Below are positions 24,561-33,571 of a stretch of DNA of 40,225 bases, piece after piece; position 1 is the first letter of the stretch, and each line of letters begins with the position of its first letter. The stretch comes from a virus (taxonomy: Duplodnaviria; Caudoviricetes): IMG/VR virus record IMGVR_UViG_3300031953_000050, positions 1 through 40,225 of that record; one strand, written 5' to 3'. Under the pieces are notes generated by a model. That model saw nothing but the letters and a program-made list of their open reading frames with translations, did not search any database and was not told where the DNA came from. Made by a program: the position numbers and the translations under genes.

Positions 24561-24813
24561 CTGACTGCTCCGGCATGATCACATCGGTTGCGACTACCTC
24601 TTGGGTTACGACAACGTTCGGGGCATCCTTGATGATGAACCCGGCGACATAGGCGATCACCGGCATGACGGCAATCCACACATCATCACCCAGCTCAACA
24701 TCGGGCCAGAGCTGTCCTGCCACGACCTTAGCCACCGCTACGAATGCAGTCGCCAGAACTGCCGATGAAAGTTTATTCGTTGGATTCTGTGTTGGTTGAT
24801 TAATCGTTGCCAT
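24553..24813 (-). CDS. Holin-like two-TM protein (86 aa)
   Basis: Two hydrophobic helices; adjacent to the endolysin. Confidence 0.65.
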   Translation of the reverse strand: MATINQPTQNPTNKLSSAVLATAFVAVAKVVAGQLWPDVELGDDVWIAVMPVIAYVAGFIIKDAPNVVVTQEVVATDVIMPEQSDA

Positions 24814-25520
24814 TAGAACAACCCCATCTGTTTAGCCACGCCCGTTGCAACTGAGACAACCAGCGCTGCGAGCACCGCCCATAGCTTCTTGGGACTCTCC
24901 TGCTTTGGAGTGCTGACTGTATTGGTTCCAGTCGGAACGTTGACCGTTACAGTCTCTGGCTTGCCGATGATCCCCTCATTTCCACCACCATCGAAGGTCT
25001 GCTGCTTGGAGGACATGGAGATTGCTTTGGAGCGGACTCCATCCACGCGGGCTTTCCAGCCCCGACCAAACGTTGCGAAGGTGCTAAGGGCCGTCAGGAA
25101 GGCCATGCGACGGTCACAGAGTTCATTGATGACACGCACTGGATCGGCGGCACGAGCTGCGTTCAAGGTTGCAGGCCCAATCTTGCCATCTGCCGTTACA
25201 CCCAGAACCGTCTGTAGATATTTGATTGCCCGCGCAGGACCAGAGTTCACGCCGAAATCAAAGACGGCATAATCAATCCCACTTGGCAGCTCGTCGCCTT
25301 TCACAGCGTTCCAGTATGCCTTGCGGTAGATGTGGGCTACCTGATCATCAGTGATGCGCTTGAGCTGTTCAACAGTTGAATCCTTGCCCATCCATTTTCT
25401 GAAAGTGGCAATCGTGATGCCCTTGTTGGTTGCGCCACCAGGGTCTTTAGGGTGATCAACAAAGCCACCCTCATGCTTCAAAACCTCAAGAAGTGCAGCG
25501 GTAAAATTATCGGATGCCAT
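24813..25520 (-). CDS. Endolysin, glycoside hydrolase family 108 with PG-binding domain and C-terminal hydrophobic helix (235 aa)
   Basis: HEGGFVDHPKDPGGATNKGIT, FDFGVNSGP.RA...LQ, DGKIGPATL, FGRGW..RV. Confidence 0.93.
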   Translation of the reverse strand: MASDNFTAALLEVLKHEGGFVDHPKDPGGATNKGITIATFRKWMGKDSTVEQLKRITDDQVAHIYRKAYWNAVKGDELPSGIDYAVFDFGVNSGPARAIKYLQTVLGVTADGKIGPATLNAARAADPVRVINELCDRRMAFLTALSTFATFGRGWKARVDGVRSKAISMSSKQQTFDGGGNEGIIGKPETVTVNVPTGTNTVSTPKQESPKKLWAVLAALVVSVATGVAKQMGLF

Positions 25521-25532
25521 GGTATCTCCTCG

Positions 25533-27335
25533 TTAAGCCAACATTGACAAAGATCGCCATTGCTGGCCCCGCACTATAGCACCAGATTGAACAGAACGAC
25601 CAGACGGTATGGGGGACGCTAGCGTAATCACCGATCCGGTTATCGCAACTGAGGTCCAATGATACGATCCATCATCAAGTTGGATTCCAATCAAGTTACC
25701 CGTTGCCCCGCTGGGAGCGGTGGCGACCGACACAGAAGATGATCCAGGACCAGAATAACCCGTAGAAACCGTGTCAGCAGTTGTGATCACAGTCTCTCCC
25801 AGCGGGATTCCAACACCTCCAGGCATTCTTTCCCAAGTATCTCCAATGCGCCAAAATCCTTGCGTCGGCTTAACTGCGCTAAAGGTCGTTGACCTATACT
25901 CACCCCGGCCATTCGCCTTACGTTCAAATAGGTCATGAGTGGCAACAATCTTCCCGTTTGCAGAGGTTACAACGAAGTTCCCTGAACTGACGCCATACAT
26001 GTCATTCCCTTGAACGACAGCAAGAGTTTTACCCTCCAAAAGTGAAATTCCACGAACGCCCCCATTGATGATATTGTTGACGACGCTGTTGTTGTTCGCT
26101 GCGATAACAATCCCATAATCTGGGCTTACAACCTGGATCGTATCGGGCTGCGAAGGGCCGGAGGCGTTCAGTGGAGTGGCTATGACCCGACACTTATTCC
26201 CGGAAATTAGAGTGTTGTTCGAACCGGAAAGGATATGTTGCGGGTAGTTGTTGACGAGCATATTGCCGCTGATGACATTATCTGAGTTGGCAAGAGATAA
26301 GCCCTCAAGCGTACCTCCTACAGTGATAATTCCGCCTTCAGTTCGACAATTGATAATCGTATTATCGTGGATGCTGACTGCGCCGTGATACATGGCCTTG
26401 ACGCCATATTTGCAGTTCTTGATAAGATTTCCAGAGATTATCCCTAGGCCATCATAGTTACCCTCTCCCCAGAGAATTCCTCCGCAGTTGGAGTAATTCG
26501 CGTTGCTGCCGAATACAGTGTTACCTGTGATTATGCAGTGACCATCAGCTTCAATGGCGCTACTATTTGGCGTCCCATCCGTTCCACTAATTATGTTGTT
26601 AGAGATAATGGACTGATAGCATCGTCCATTGTAGTTGATACCAGTGAACTTGCATCTCTCTACAATGTTTCCCTCAACTAGGAAGTTGCCATTACCATGT
26701 TCAGAGCAGATGCCAATCATGCTCATTCCATGAACACGAACCCCCGATATGATAGCGTTTTTGACATATCTAAGCAGAATTCCTCGACCATAGGCCAACG
26801 CGAAATACTGGTATTGATCAGTTCCTCGAACAGTGATTCCCCGGCAGGTAAACCCGTTAACTTCTGCTGCCGTTACATTAACGGTTAGATCATTAATGGG
26901 GGACACATGGATTGGAACGTCTGCATTATTGGTAGTCTCAATGACGCCATCTCCGACAAAGGAAATGTTATCATATGGAACCCAGATGCACCCTAGATTC
27001 TGAGAGGCAGGGGAGACCTTGAACACGCCACCCGAGAAATCAACGGTTCCTCCTCGAACATTCAAGCTATCGACCGCTGCTTGGCATGCGGGCCTATCAT
27101 TCGTTATCCCATCGGCCTTGGCCCCGAACATCTGAGGACGCCGGGGAAGGGTGGATATAGCGTACCAAGTTCCATTCCCATTCTGGAACTTACCAAGATG
27201 CGAGGGAGGCGACGATACCTTTCGATATGTCGCCCCCGATCCAGTCACATATGAGGAATCATAGTATGAAATTTGGTAGAACTCAGGATCAACTGTAGGC
27301 GTGTCCAGACATGCCAGAGCAACCGTATCAATCAC
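25533..27335 (-). CDS. Tailspike / depolymerase, pectate-lyase-like right-handed beta helix (600 aa)
   Basis: FGAKADGITND..A.QAA.D start motif; many I.GN/I.NN beta-helix repeats. Confidence 0.88.
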   Translation of the reverse strand: MIDTVALACLDTPTVDPEFYQISYYDSSYVTGSGATYRKVSSPPSHLGKFQNGNGTWYAISTLPRRPQMFGAKADGITNDRPACQAAVDSLNVRGGTVDFSGGVFKVSPASQNLGCIWVPYDNISFVGDGVIETTNNADVPIHVSPINDLTVNVTAAEVNGFTCRGITVRGTDQYQYFALAYGRGILLRYVKNAIISGVRVHGMSMIGICSEHGNGNFLVEGNIVERCKFTGINYNGRCYQSIISNNIISGTDGTPNSSAIEADGHCIITGNTVFGSNANYSNCGGILWGEGNYDGLGIISGNLIKNCKYGVKAMYHGAVSIHDNTIINCRTEGGIITVGGTLEGLSLANSDNVISGNMLVNNYPQHILSGSNNTLISGNKCRVIATPLNASGPSQPDTIQVVSPDYGIVIAANNNSVVNNIINGGVRGISLLEGKTLAVVQGNDMYGVSSGNFVVTSANGKIVATHDLFERKANGRGEYRSTTFSAVKPTQGFWRIGDTWERMPGGVGIPLGETVITTADTVSTGYSGPGSSSVSVATAPSGATGNLIGIQLDDGSYHWTSVAITGSVITLASPIPSGRSVQSGAIVRGQQWRSLSMLA

Positions 27336-28507
27336 GAAGCGGCCTCATAAGTCAGGGTTCCTTGGAAAACGACTGTTCCGCCCGTTGGGCAATCTGTTAC
27401 AAGAAGCCCCGTCGCGTTTTGACCCATGGCTGTACAAAGCATAGTAATCGTCGATGGAGACGATGCAAAAACTCCTGGCGTAACATTAGAATATGCCGCC
27501 TTGTTCACCCCCTGAAATACGACGCTCCCATATCCATTGCGATTGGTAATAGATGCCGCTGGCGTTGGGACGCCTGTAATGGTCAAGGAGCCGCTGGCCG
27601 TGGTGTGGGTGAAGGTGGATGTTACCAGATTAAAATCCAGTTTCACCAAGCGTCCTACCTTGGTGTATCCTCCAGTCTGTACTGAATATCCGATAGTGAT
27701 GTTACCGGGCGTACCGATTGCTATTGCAGGGGTCCATGTGCCCGAATTAACAGTTTGACTGGTTTCAACCCATGCTCCCGCTCCTAGAGACCGGAAGGTC
27801 ATGATGAGGCCATTATAGGTAGTCAATGATAGAGACGAATATAGCGCTAGATTAGCGCTGTTGATGAGAACCAGCACACCTAGAAATCGGATGGTTTTCT
27901 CTACCCCGACAGCCGCTGTGCCAAGCGACGAAATATTCGTTGTTCCTGAAATATCAACGAAATTGCCTGTTGATGTTCCAAGCGCAATAGAAGCAGCGGA
28001 GGCAATCGTTACGCCTTTTGCATCGTTGTTAATTGACCCCGCTCGGATAAAGGAGGTCATGCGCCAATTCCCGCTTCCCTCGGAGAATAGGGTCGCAGTG
28101 TCACCTGCGCCTGTAACGATATTAGACTCACCCGGAAGAATCAGGGTGGTGGCATTGTGAGTTACCGTAAGAATTCCATCGAATACCACGGATCGTTCAA
28201 CGCCCGCCGCTGACGTTCCGAACGAGGTAATGGTAGAGGTGCCAGTGATGTGGACGAACCGGCCTGTTGCCCCGGATAGATCAGTAGTCGCCGCAGAGGC
28301 AATGTTAGCGCCCTTGGTCGATAGAGAATCGGACGACGAAACCGGAGACGTCCCGCCAGTACCGCCAAGAGAAACAGGCCAAGCAGTGTTGAATGTAGTC
28401 TCAACGTCTGCCGAGAAAGCATTAGCCCATGCAGACTGGATAGTCGTGTTCGGAGAAACGGTTGTTCCCGGAACATTCTGAAAAGTACCACCGCCGCCTC
28501 TAGGCAT
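27332..28507 (-). CDS. Tail fibre/tailspike adaptor with duplicated ~85-aa module (391 aa)
   Basis: MPRGGGGTF podovirus tail N-terminus; KG..IASAA...L...TG.FV.I.GT..I.S.GT...GVE module occurs twice. Confidence 0.75.
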   Translation of the reverse strand: MPRGGGGTFQNVPGTTVSPNTTIQSAWANAFSADVETTFNTAWPVSLGGTGGTSPVSSSDSLSTKGANIASAATTDLSGATGRFVHITGTSTITSFGTSAAGVERSVVFDGILTVTHNATTLILPGESNIVTGAGDTATLFSEGSGNWRMTSFIRAGSINNDAKGVTIASAASIALGTSTGNFVDISGTTNISSLGTAAVGVEKTIRFLGVLVLINSANLALYSSLSLTTYNGLIMTFRSLGAGAWVETSQTVNSGTWTPAIAIGTPGNITIGYSVQTGGYTKVGRLVKLDFNLVTSTFTHTTASGSLTITGVPTPAASITNRNGYGSVVFQGVNKAAYSNVTPGVFASSPSTITMLCTAMGQNATGLLVTDCPTGGTVVFQGTLTYEAAS

Positions 28508-28554
28508 GCTGAATCTCCGAACAATCTTTGTGAATTAGTACCATAATGTGACCG

Positions 28555-30087
28555 TCACCGCCACTGCATACCATCAGCAGTCTCTACGAGTGAACGACCG
28601 CTGCTTGACGAACCTCTAAGCTCGTTTCCAGTGCGCTCATTGGTGAAGCTGCCGTTTGGATTGACCGTTAGACGATCGCCATTCAGCATGACCGTTGATC
28701 CGGGGGCATAGAGCCGCCCTGTTGACGTTCCGACCACAGAAGGCGCTCGCATGACGTTAGCGCCACTGACATTGATCTGGAGCGGGGCGCGACCAAATGT
28801 CGGCTGTACCTGTGCAATCGGGGATCGCATGACTGGCGCTGCGGCTGGCCTCGATAGGGGGTTAGGGGCCGCACGAGCCATAACGGGCGCTGCAGATGGC
28901 GCAGTCGTCCGCAAGCCTGTGAGTGGATTAACTGTATCGGTTAGGGTTGCTACCGACCAAGGACCGGGCTGTGATGCTGGCGCTGTTGCGCGCGCCCCCA
29001 TCATTGGTTCAGAGGGCAAGCGCTCTGGAACGGGTTTAATCCCTACCTGTGCAGCTCTGGCCCGATCTGATGCGGTCATTGCGGAGGGGAGAATAGCGGC
29101 CTGTGAGGGTGTTTGAGCAACCGGAGCAGTGGCAGGGATCGCTGGAATCATAACCTGCTGTTGAGCAAGGTTTCTGGCGTTCAGGCGATCATCAACGGAT
29201 GCAGGAGCCGGTGCGCGGCGCATGACATTGTTGTCTTGAGCGGCATAGGTAATAGGAGCGCGTGAAAGAGCAGCCATTCCCGTTGGTTGCTGCTGGCTGA
29301 GATTTCGGGCATTGATCCGGTCGTCCACCGAGGCAGGCGCAGGAGCCGGGGCTTTGGATGTAGCTACATCATTGCCGAATCCTGCGTATGGCTCCTTGGT
29401 CATCCGCATCTGTCCGGTGCGGGTATCAAAGGCCGCATCGAATGGCGCAACGGTCTGACGCCCACCCTGGATCGGAGCCAGGGCAATCTGATCACCAAGG
29501 CTGGATGTACGGGGATTAACCGAGGCAACGCGCGATAGGCTATCCTGAATCATCCGGGATGATGGCGTAGCATTGCGCTTTGCTGTCATGACCGGAGATT
29601 GGCTGACGGGATTAGGCGCTACTGCTGGACGTTTGGTATCGAGCAGAGTGGCTACTGATGGAATATCGCCGGGAGGAACGGGATGGGTTGGGTAGAACAC
29701 ATGGTTCCCAACTCTAAGCTGACCATTTGTGTTTGCTTCATCAGCCCAGTATGGGTTTATGCTTTTGGAGTGGTACATCACAGCACCACCGGTCATATCT
29801 GGAATTTGGCCAGTTGCCACAGCGTCAACAATCTGCGCTGCGCGCTCGTACTGAGACGTTCCCGGTTTGAACTGGCTTGGGTTATTCCCGCCGGCTCCCT
29901 TATTCCACCCAGAGTATTGCTGGGGTTGAAGGGCTACCTTAGCAGGATCAGACGGATATTTACCTGAGTTGGCTCGGTTAAGTATGTTCCATGCCACCGC
30001 AGCCATGCCGGTGTCGCCTTCGCCCCGCGCTTCGCTAAGAACGGTTTTAACCAGAATGTCTCTTTGATAATCTGTGAGATTTGCCAT
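28555..30087 (-). CDS. Virion-associated SleB/Hydrolase_2-type cell-wall hydrolase with long P/A-rich tail (510 aa)
   Basis: EARGEG..GM.AVA..ILNR, QYSGWN, TGGAVMYH.....PYW, GNHVFY. Confidence 0.85.
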   Translation of the reverse strand: MANLTDYQRDILVKTVLSEARGEGDTGMAAVAWNILNRANSGKYPSDPAKVALQPQQYSGWNKGAGGNNPSQFKPGTSQYERAAQIVDAVATGQIPDMTGGAVMYHSKSINPYWADEANTNGQLRVGNHVFYPTHPVPPGDIPSVATLLDTKRPAVAPNPVSQSPVMTAKRNATPSSRMIQDSLSRVASVNPRTSSLGDQIALAPIQGGRQTVAPFDAAFDTRTGQMRMTKEPYAGFGNDVATSKAPAPAPASVDDRINARNLSQQQPTGMAALSRAPITYAAQDNNVMRRAPAPASVDDRLNARNLAQQQVMIPAIPATAPVAQTPSQAAILPSAMTASDRARAAQVGIKPVPERLPSEPMMGARATAPASQPGPWSVATLTDTVNPLTGLRTTAPSAAPVMARAAPNPLSRPAAAPVMRSPIAQVQPTFGRAPLQINVSGANVMRAPSVVGTSTGRLYAPGSTVMLNGDRLTVNPNGSFTNERTGNELRGSSSSGRSLVETADGMQWR

Positions 30088-30136
30088 CTGGCTAGACCTG
30101 TGTTACAGCTTGCGCACTTATACGGGATATTACGAC

Positions 30137-30670
30137 TTGCCAAACGAACTTATCACGCTTGATGAACTCAAGGAACGTCTTAACTATTCCCCCGAAACTG
30201 GTATATTCACCTATGCTAAGAGCGGAGCGGGATACAGCAAATTCCCCGTAGGAACTCCTGCCGGGTGCACTGATCCTCGCGGGTACATGCTTATCCGTAT
30301 GAATTACCGGATGTATTACATGCATCGGCTGGCGATCTTTTATATGACGGGAGAGTGGCCCCCACATGAAGTTGATCATATCGACGGGATTAGGTCGAAC
30401 AACGCATGGTCCAATCTTCGTCTTGCTACGCGGTCTGAGCAGATGCAGAACCAAGGAATATCCAAGCGTAATAAGTCTGGGTATCAGGGTGTGAGTTGGT
30501 CCCAATTTGGTAAATGGGTAGCAATGATTACCATTGACGGCAAACGAAAGAACCTCGGTTATTTTGTAAATGCTTCCGATGCTTCTGAAGCTTACAAAGC
30601 AGCGAAGGTAGCTCACAAATTCAGCCCCAATCCAGCTATCCGGAAGGCACTGCCTTACAAGAACAGATAA
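30137..30670 (+). CDS. HNH homing endonuclease with AP2-like C-terminus (start uncertain; TTG 30137)
   Basis: L.Y.PETG.F, HRLA..YMTGEWP..EVDHIDG.RSNN.WSNLR.AT, N.SGY.GVSW...W.A.I...GK...LGYF. Confidence 0.9.
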   Translation: MPNELITLDELKERLNYSPETGIFTYAKSGAGYSKFPVGTPAGCTDPRGYMLIRMNYRMYYMHRLAIFYMTGEWPPHEVDHIDGIRSNNAWSNLRLATRSEQMQNQGISKRNKSGYQGVSWSQFGKWVAMITIDGKRKNLGYFVNASDASEAYKAAKVAHKFSPNPAIRKALPYKNR

Positions 30671-30752
30671 CGGATTATGGCTTAATTCAGTGGCCATTGA
30701 CGGTTCTCATGGTATGAGAGATATTGATGTTGAGGACATAAGGAGAGATGAG

Positions 30753-30893
30753 ATGAGCGAGACCCCATACGACGACGCCAAGAAACGATGGATGATGATT
30801 GCGCTCTACGCTATCGTGTTCGCTGCGATTAGCATGGCGTTCCGTCACAACCTGATTCCAGTCGCAGAAATTTGGCATGCAATCGTTCCTTAG
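30753..30893 (+). CDS. Small single-TM moron protein (46 aa)
   Basis: AAGGAGAGATGAGATG start, TTGACG upstream at 30697, antisense to the virion genes. Confidence 0.65.
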   Translation: MSETPYDDAKKRWMMIALYAIVFAAISMAFRHNLIPVAEIWHAIVP

Positions 30894-32461
30894 AATTTCG
30901 GAAGCATTCTACCGCCAAAGTTACCACCGGCATTAACCAAAGCACGAGCAGCTGGAGTAAATTCTTGAGATGGCAAAGCACCACCCATACGAGCCAACGC
31001 AGATGCAACATTCGCATTCCGAACTGTTCCCCGCTCTGCTACGCTTCTTGCAAGTTCGGCTGGTAGAGCAACCGATGCGCCTGCGAGTGCAGCGCCAACT
31101 GGACCACCACCTGCAAACCCAGCGCCGCCTGCAAGAATGGACGGAATGGCGGACACAGGTCCACGTGCCGAAAACTTCCCAGCCCACCGAGCAAAATTCT
31201 CCACAGGGCCACCTTCAGCCACCAGGGCGATTTGCTCAGCTAGCTCTGGATTTATGCCTCTTACGCGGCCTTTGATGATGTTGGCGTTCAGCTGTCGGAA
31301 TTGCGTTCGCAGTGCATTATCCATTCCGGACTGACTATATTGACTGGATCGGTTAGCAGCCAAATCAATAGCCTCCTCGATCAGCTCCCCCACCTTAGAC
31401 CGAGCATAGAGAGAAGATGCCTCAGCCAGCTCTGGCGCAACGCCCTCTGCGAAGTCATCGAATCGTCCAAGCATCATGGTAGCGATACGACGCTCTCCAG
31501 GATCAAGGCTCTTAGCAGCATCCTGTAGGTTACGGCGGATCGCCTGCATCTGGCCTACGTCAAGCGGGTTACCCTTGTACTCATCGAAAACGTTGAGAAC
31601 GCCAGCGATCTTGGGATAGGTCTGGTTAACCTTTCCGCTTGGCATCAACACATTCTCAGCGCGCGCGATGCTCTCAATCGTATTGGCGATATTATCCGTC
31701 ATCTGCGGAGATGCCTGAACACCAGATGCCCTAGCAGCCTCATATAGCCTGCCAGCCTGATCTGCTAGTTCCTGAGTCTCTGGGACAGCCGCCATCTGAG
31801 CACGCTGCATCATGCCACCAGAGATGCCGCCAGTTAGAGCACCAAGCGCACCACCAACTGCGGCGCCTTGACCAGCCGAAGATAGGCGAGACCCAATATT
31901 GTCCTCTGGGGCATCATTGAACCCTGAAATGCCGCCCATAGTCGCGCCATCCATAGCGCCCCGACCGGCCATACCCATAACAGTCGGCTTCGCTACATTG
32001 ACGTAGTTGTTGGCCCCAGCAGTGAGCAAACCAGAGGCTAGAGACCCAGCAATGTCGCCACCAAATGCTGCTACAGGGGCGCTCTGGTAAGCCTGATCGG
32101 TTAGGGCTTTCTGACCTTGACGGGATGCATCGAAAGAGCGGCCAAGGAAGGGCAGGATATCACCCGCTCCCTGGATGCTATCTGCTCCGCTCATCAGATT
32201 CTCAGCCGCTTTGACTGGCGTACCAAGAGCCGACGATAGTTCATCATAAGCGCCCATAGTCGCGCCCTGTAGTGCCCCAACACCTGTGGAGTAGGCCGAC
32301 TGGCCTAAACGCCCCATGGTATCCATAAATGAATTTGAACCCTGAGCTTCTGGAGCAGGAGCATTGCTGCCCATACTCTGAACAGCATTAACTGCTGACT
32401 GGGCGTCAGGAGCTTCTACCTCGTAACGCTGGCCATTGGCTTCAATCTCAAATTTTGCCAT
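30890..32461 (-). CDS. Ejection (internal virion / DNA transfer) protein (523 aa)
   Basis: G/A-rich helical protein, G..YEVEAPD N-terminus; position after the hub. Confidence 0.72.
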   Translation of the reverse strand: MAKFEIEANGQRYEVEAPDAQSAVNAVQSMGSNAPAPEAQGSNSFMDTMGRLGQSAYSTGVGALQGATMGAYDELSSALGTPVKAAENLMSGADSIQGAGDILPFLGRSFDASRQGQKALTDQAYQSAPVAAFGGDIAGSLASGLLTAGANNYVNVAKPTVMGMAGRGAMDGATMGGISGFNDAPEDNIGSRLSSAGQGAAVGGALGALTGGISGGMMQRAQMAAVPETQELADQAGRLYEAARASGVQASPQMTDNIANTIESIARAENVLMPSGKVNQTYPKIAGVLNVFDEYKGNPLDVGQMQAIRRNLQDAAKSLDPGERRIATMMLGRFDDFAEGVAPELAEASSLYARSKVGELIEEAIDLAANRSSQYSQSGMDNALRTQFRQLNANIIKGRVRGINPELAEQIALVAEGGPVENFARWAGKFSARGPVSAIPSILAGGAGFAGGGPVGAALAGASVALPAELARSVAERGTVRNANVASALARMGGALPSQEFTPAARALVNAGGNFGGRMLPKF

Positions 32462-33571
32462 TTACTGCCCCATTGGCCGAATACGAACGCCATTACCCAT
32501 GTCCTGCCAGCCATCGGGGGATGGAGGCGTTACAGCCCCCGGAGCCTGCTGCGTTTGAGCTAGCGGGTTAGGCAGGGCGTATAGAGCGTTCCGGCCATCA
32601 GCTGGGCTCATCTGCCCAGTCGCCACCGCCGTAGCAATCTCACCCTGTTTGATGGTGTAATCATTGATGGCTTTCATGGTCTGAAGGATCAGCTGATTAC
32701 CACCGGGTTGGTTGATAATGCGGGGTAGCGACTGCTTGAACAGGGCCAAGTCAGCATCCGACATAGTGCCGGAACCCTGCGGACGCTGCTGCGGCACAAG
32801 CTGGTTGATTAGAGCTTCTGCGGCCTGAACCTCGTTAGCCCCATCGACTGGGAGGCCCAGAGATGCAGCCATGGATGTAAGTGCACCCTGCGCGCCCTGT
32901 GGGGCATTCTGAAGCAGCTGTTCAAGCTGACCGATCTTGGCCCCAGAGACCTGAGCCGCCGCACCGCTATCCATCAGGGAGCTGAAGGTTTCAGCTGCCT
33001 TAGCGTCCAAGGTTTCCTGGAACTTGTTGGAGCCTCCAAGATTGTTGGTCACAACGGTCTGGGGACCAGCAGGCCCAAGCCCCTGTGCGATGACATTGCC
33101 ATTGCCGTCATAGCGAATCTGTCCCTCGCCCAAGGTAAACGGATCAGCAACCGGCGGAGCATTCGCAGCGGCGAGCTGAGCGCGCTTTAGATCAAGGTCG
33201 AGAGCATATGCCGGGTCGGCCTGCTTCATGTTCTGCTGAAGAAGGGCCTGAGCAATCGTGGACTGTGTTGGGTCACTGGCTACCCATGGATTAGATAGGG
33301 CCGCGATGATTTCTGCGTTGGAGCCAGAGCCATCGGCTAGGCTGGAGAACGCCTGCGAGGCTTGTGCGCGAGCGGCCTTCTCTGCCTCATCAGCGCGGCC
33401 CTGAACGGCGGTGCCGGACAGAGCGTTACCAACCTGCGTCAAGCCTTCCCATGCGTTTGTAGCAAGCGGCTTCGGACCCATAAGGGCATCCGCCAGACGA
33501 CGCTGGCGGGCAACCTGATCTGGGGTTTGAATCTCTCCGGTATTGCCGGACCAAACAAATGGGCTTGCCAT
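32462..33571 (-). CDS. Ejection protein (369 aa)
   Basis: A/Q/G-rich; FTLGEGQIRYD motif, GSGTMSD.D...F motif; position. Confidence 0.7.
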   Translation of the reverse strand: MASPFVWSGNTGEIQTPDQVARQRRLADALMGPKPLATNAWEGLTQVGNALSGTAVQGRADEAEKAARAQASQAFSSLADGSGSNAEIIAALSNPWVASDPTQSTIAQALLQQNMKQADPAYALDLDLKRAQLAAANAPPVADPFTLGEGQIRYDGNGNVIAQGLGPAGPQTVVTNNLGGSNKFQETLDAKAAETFSSLMDSGAAAQVSGAKIGQLEQLLQNAPQGAQGALTSMAASLGLPVDGANEVQAAEALINQLVPQQRPQGSGTMSDADLALFKQSLPRIINQPGGNQLILQTMKAINDYTIKQGEIATAVATGQMSPADGRNALYALPNPLAQTQQAPGAVTPPSPDGWQDMGNGVRIRPMGQ

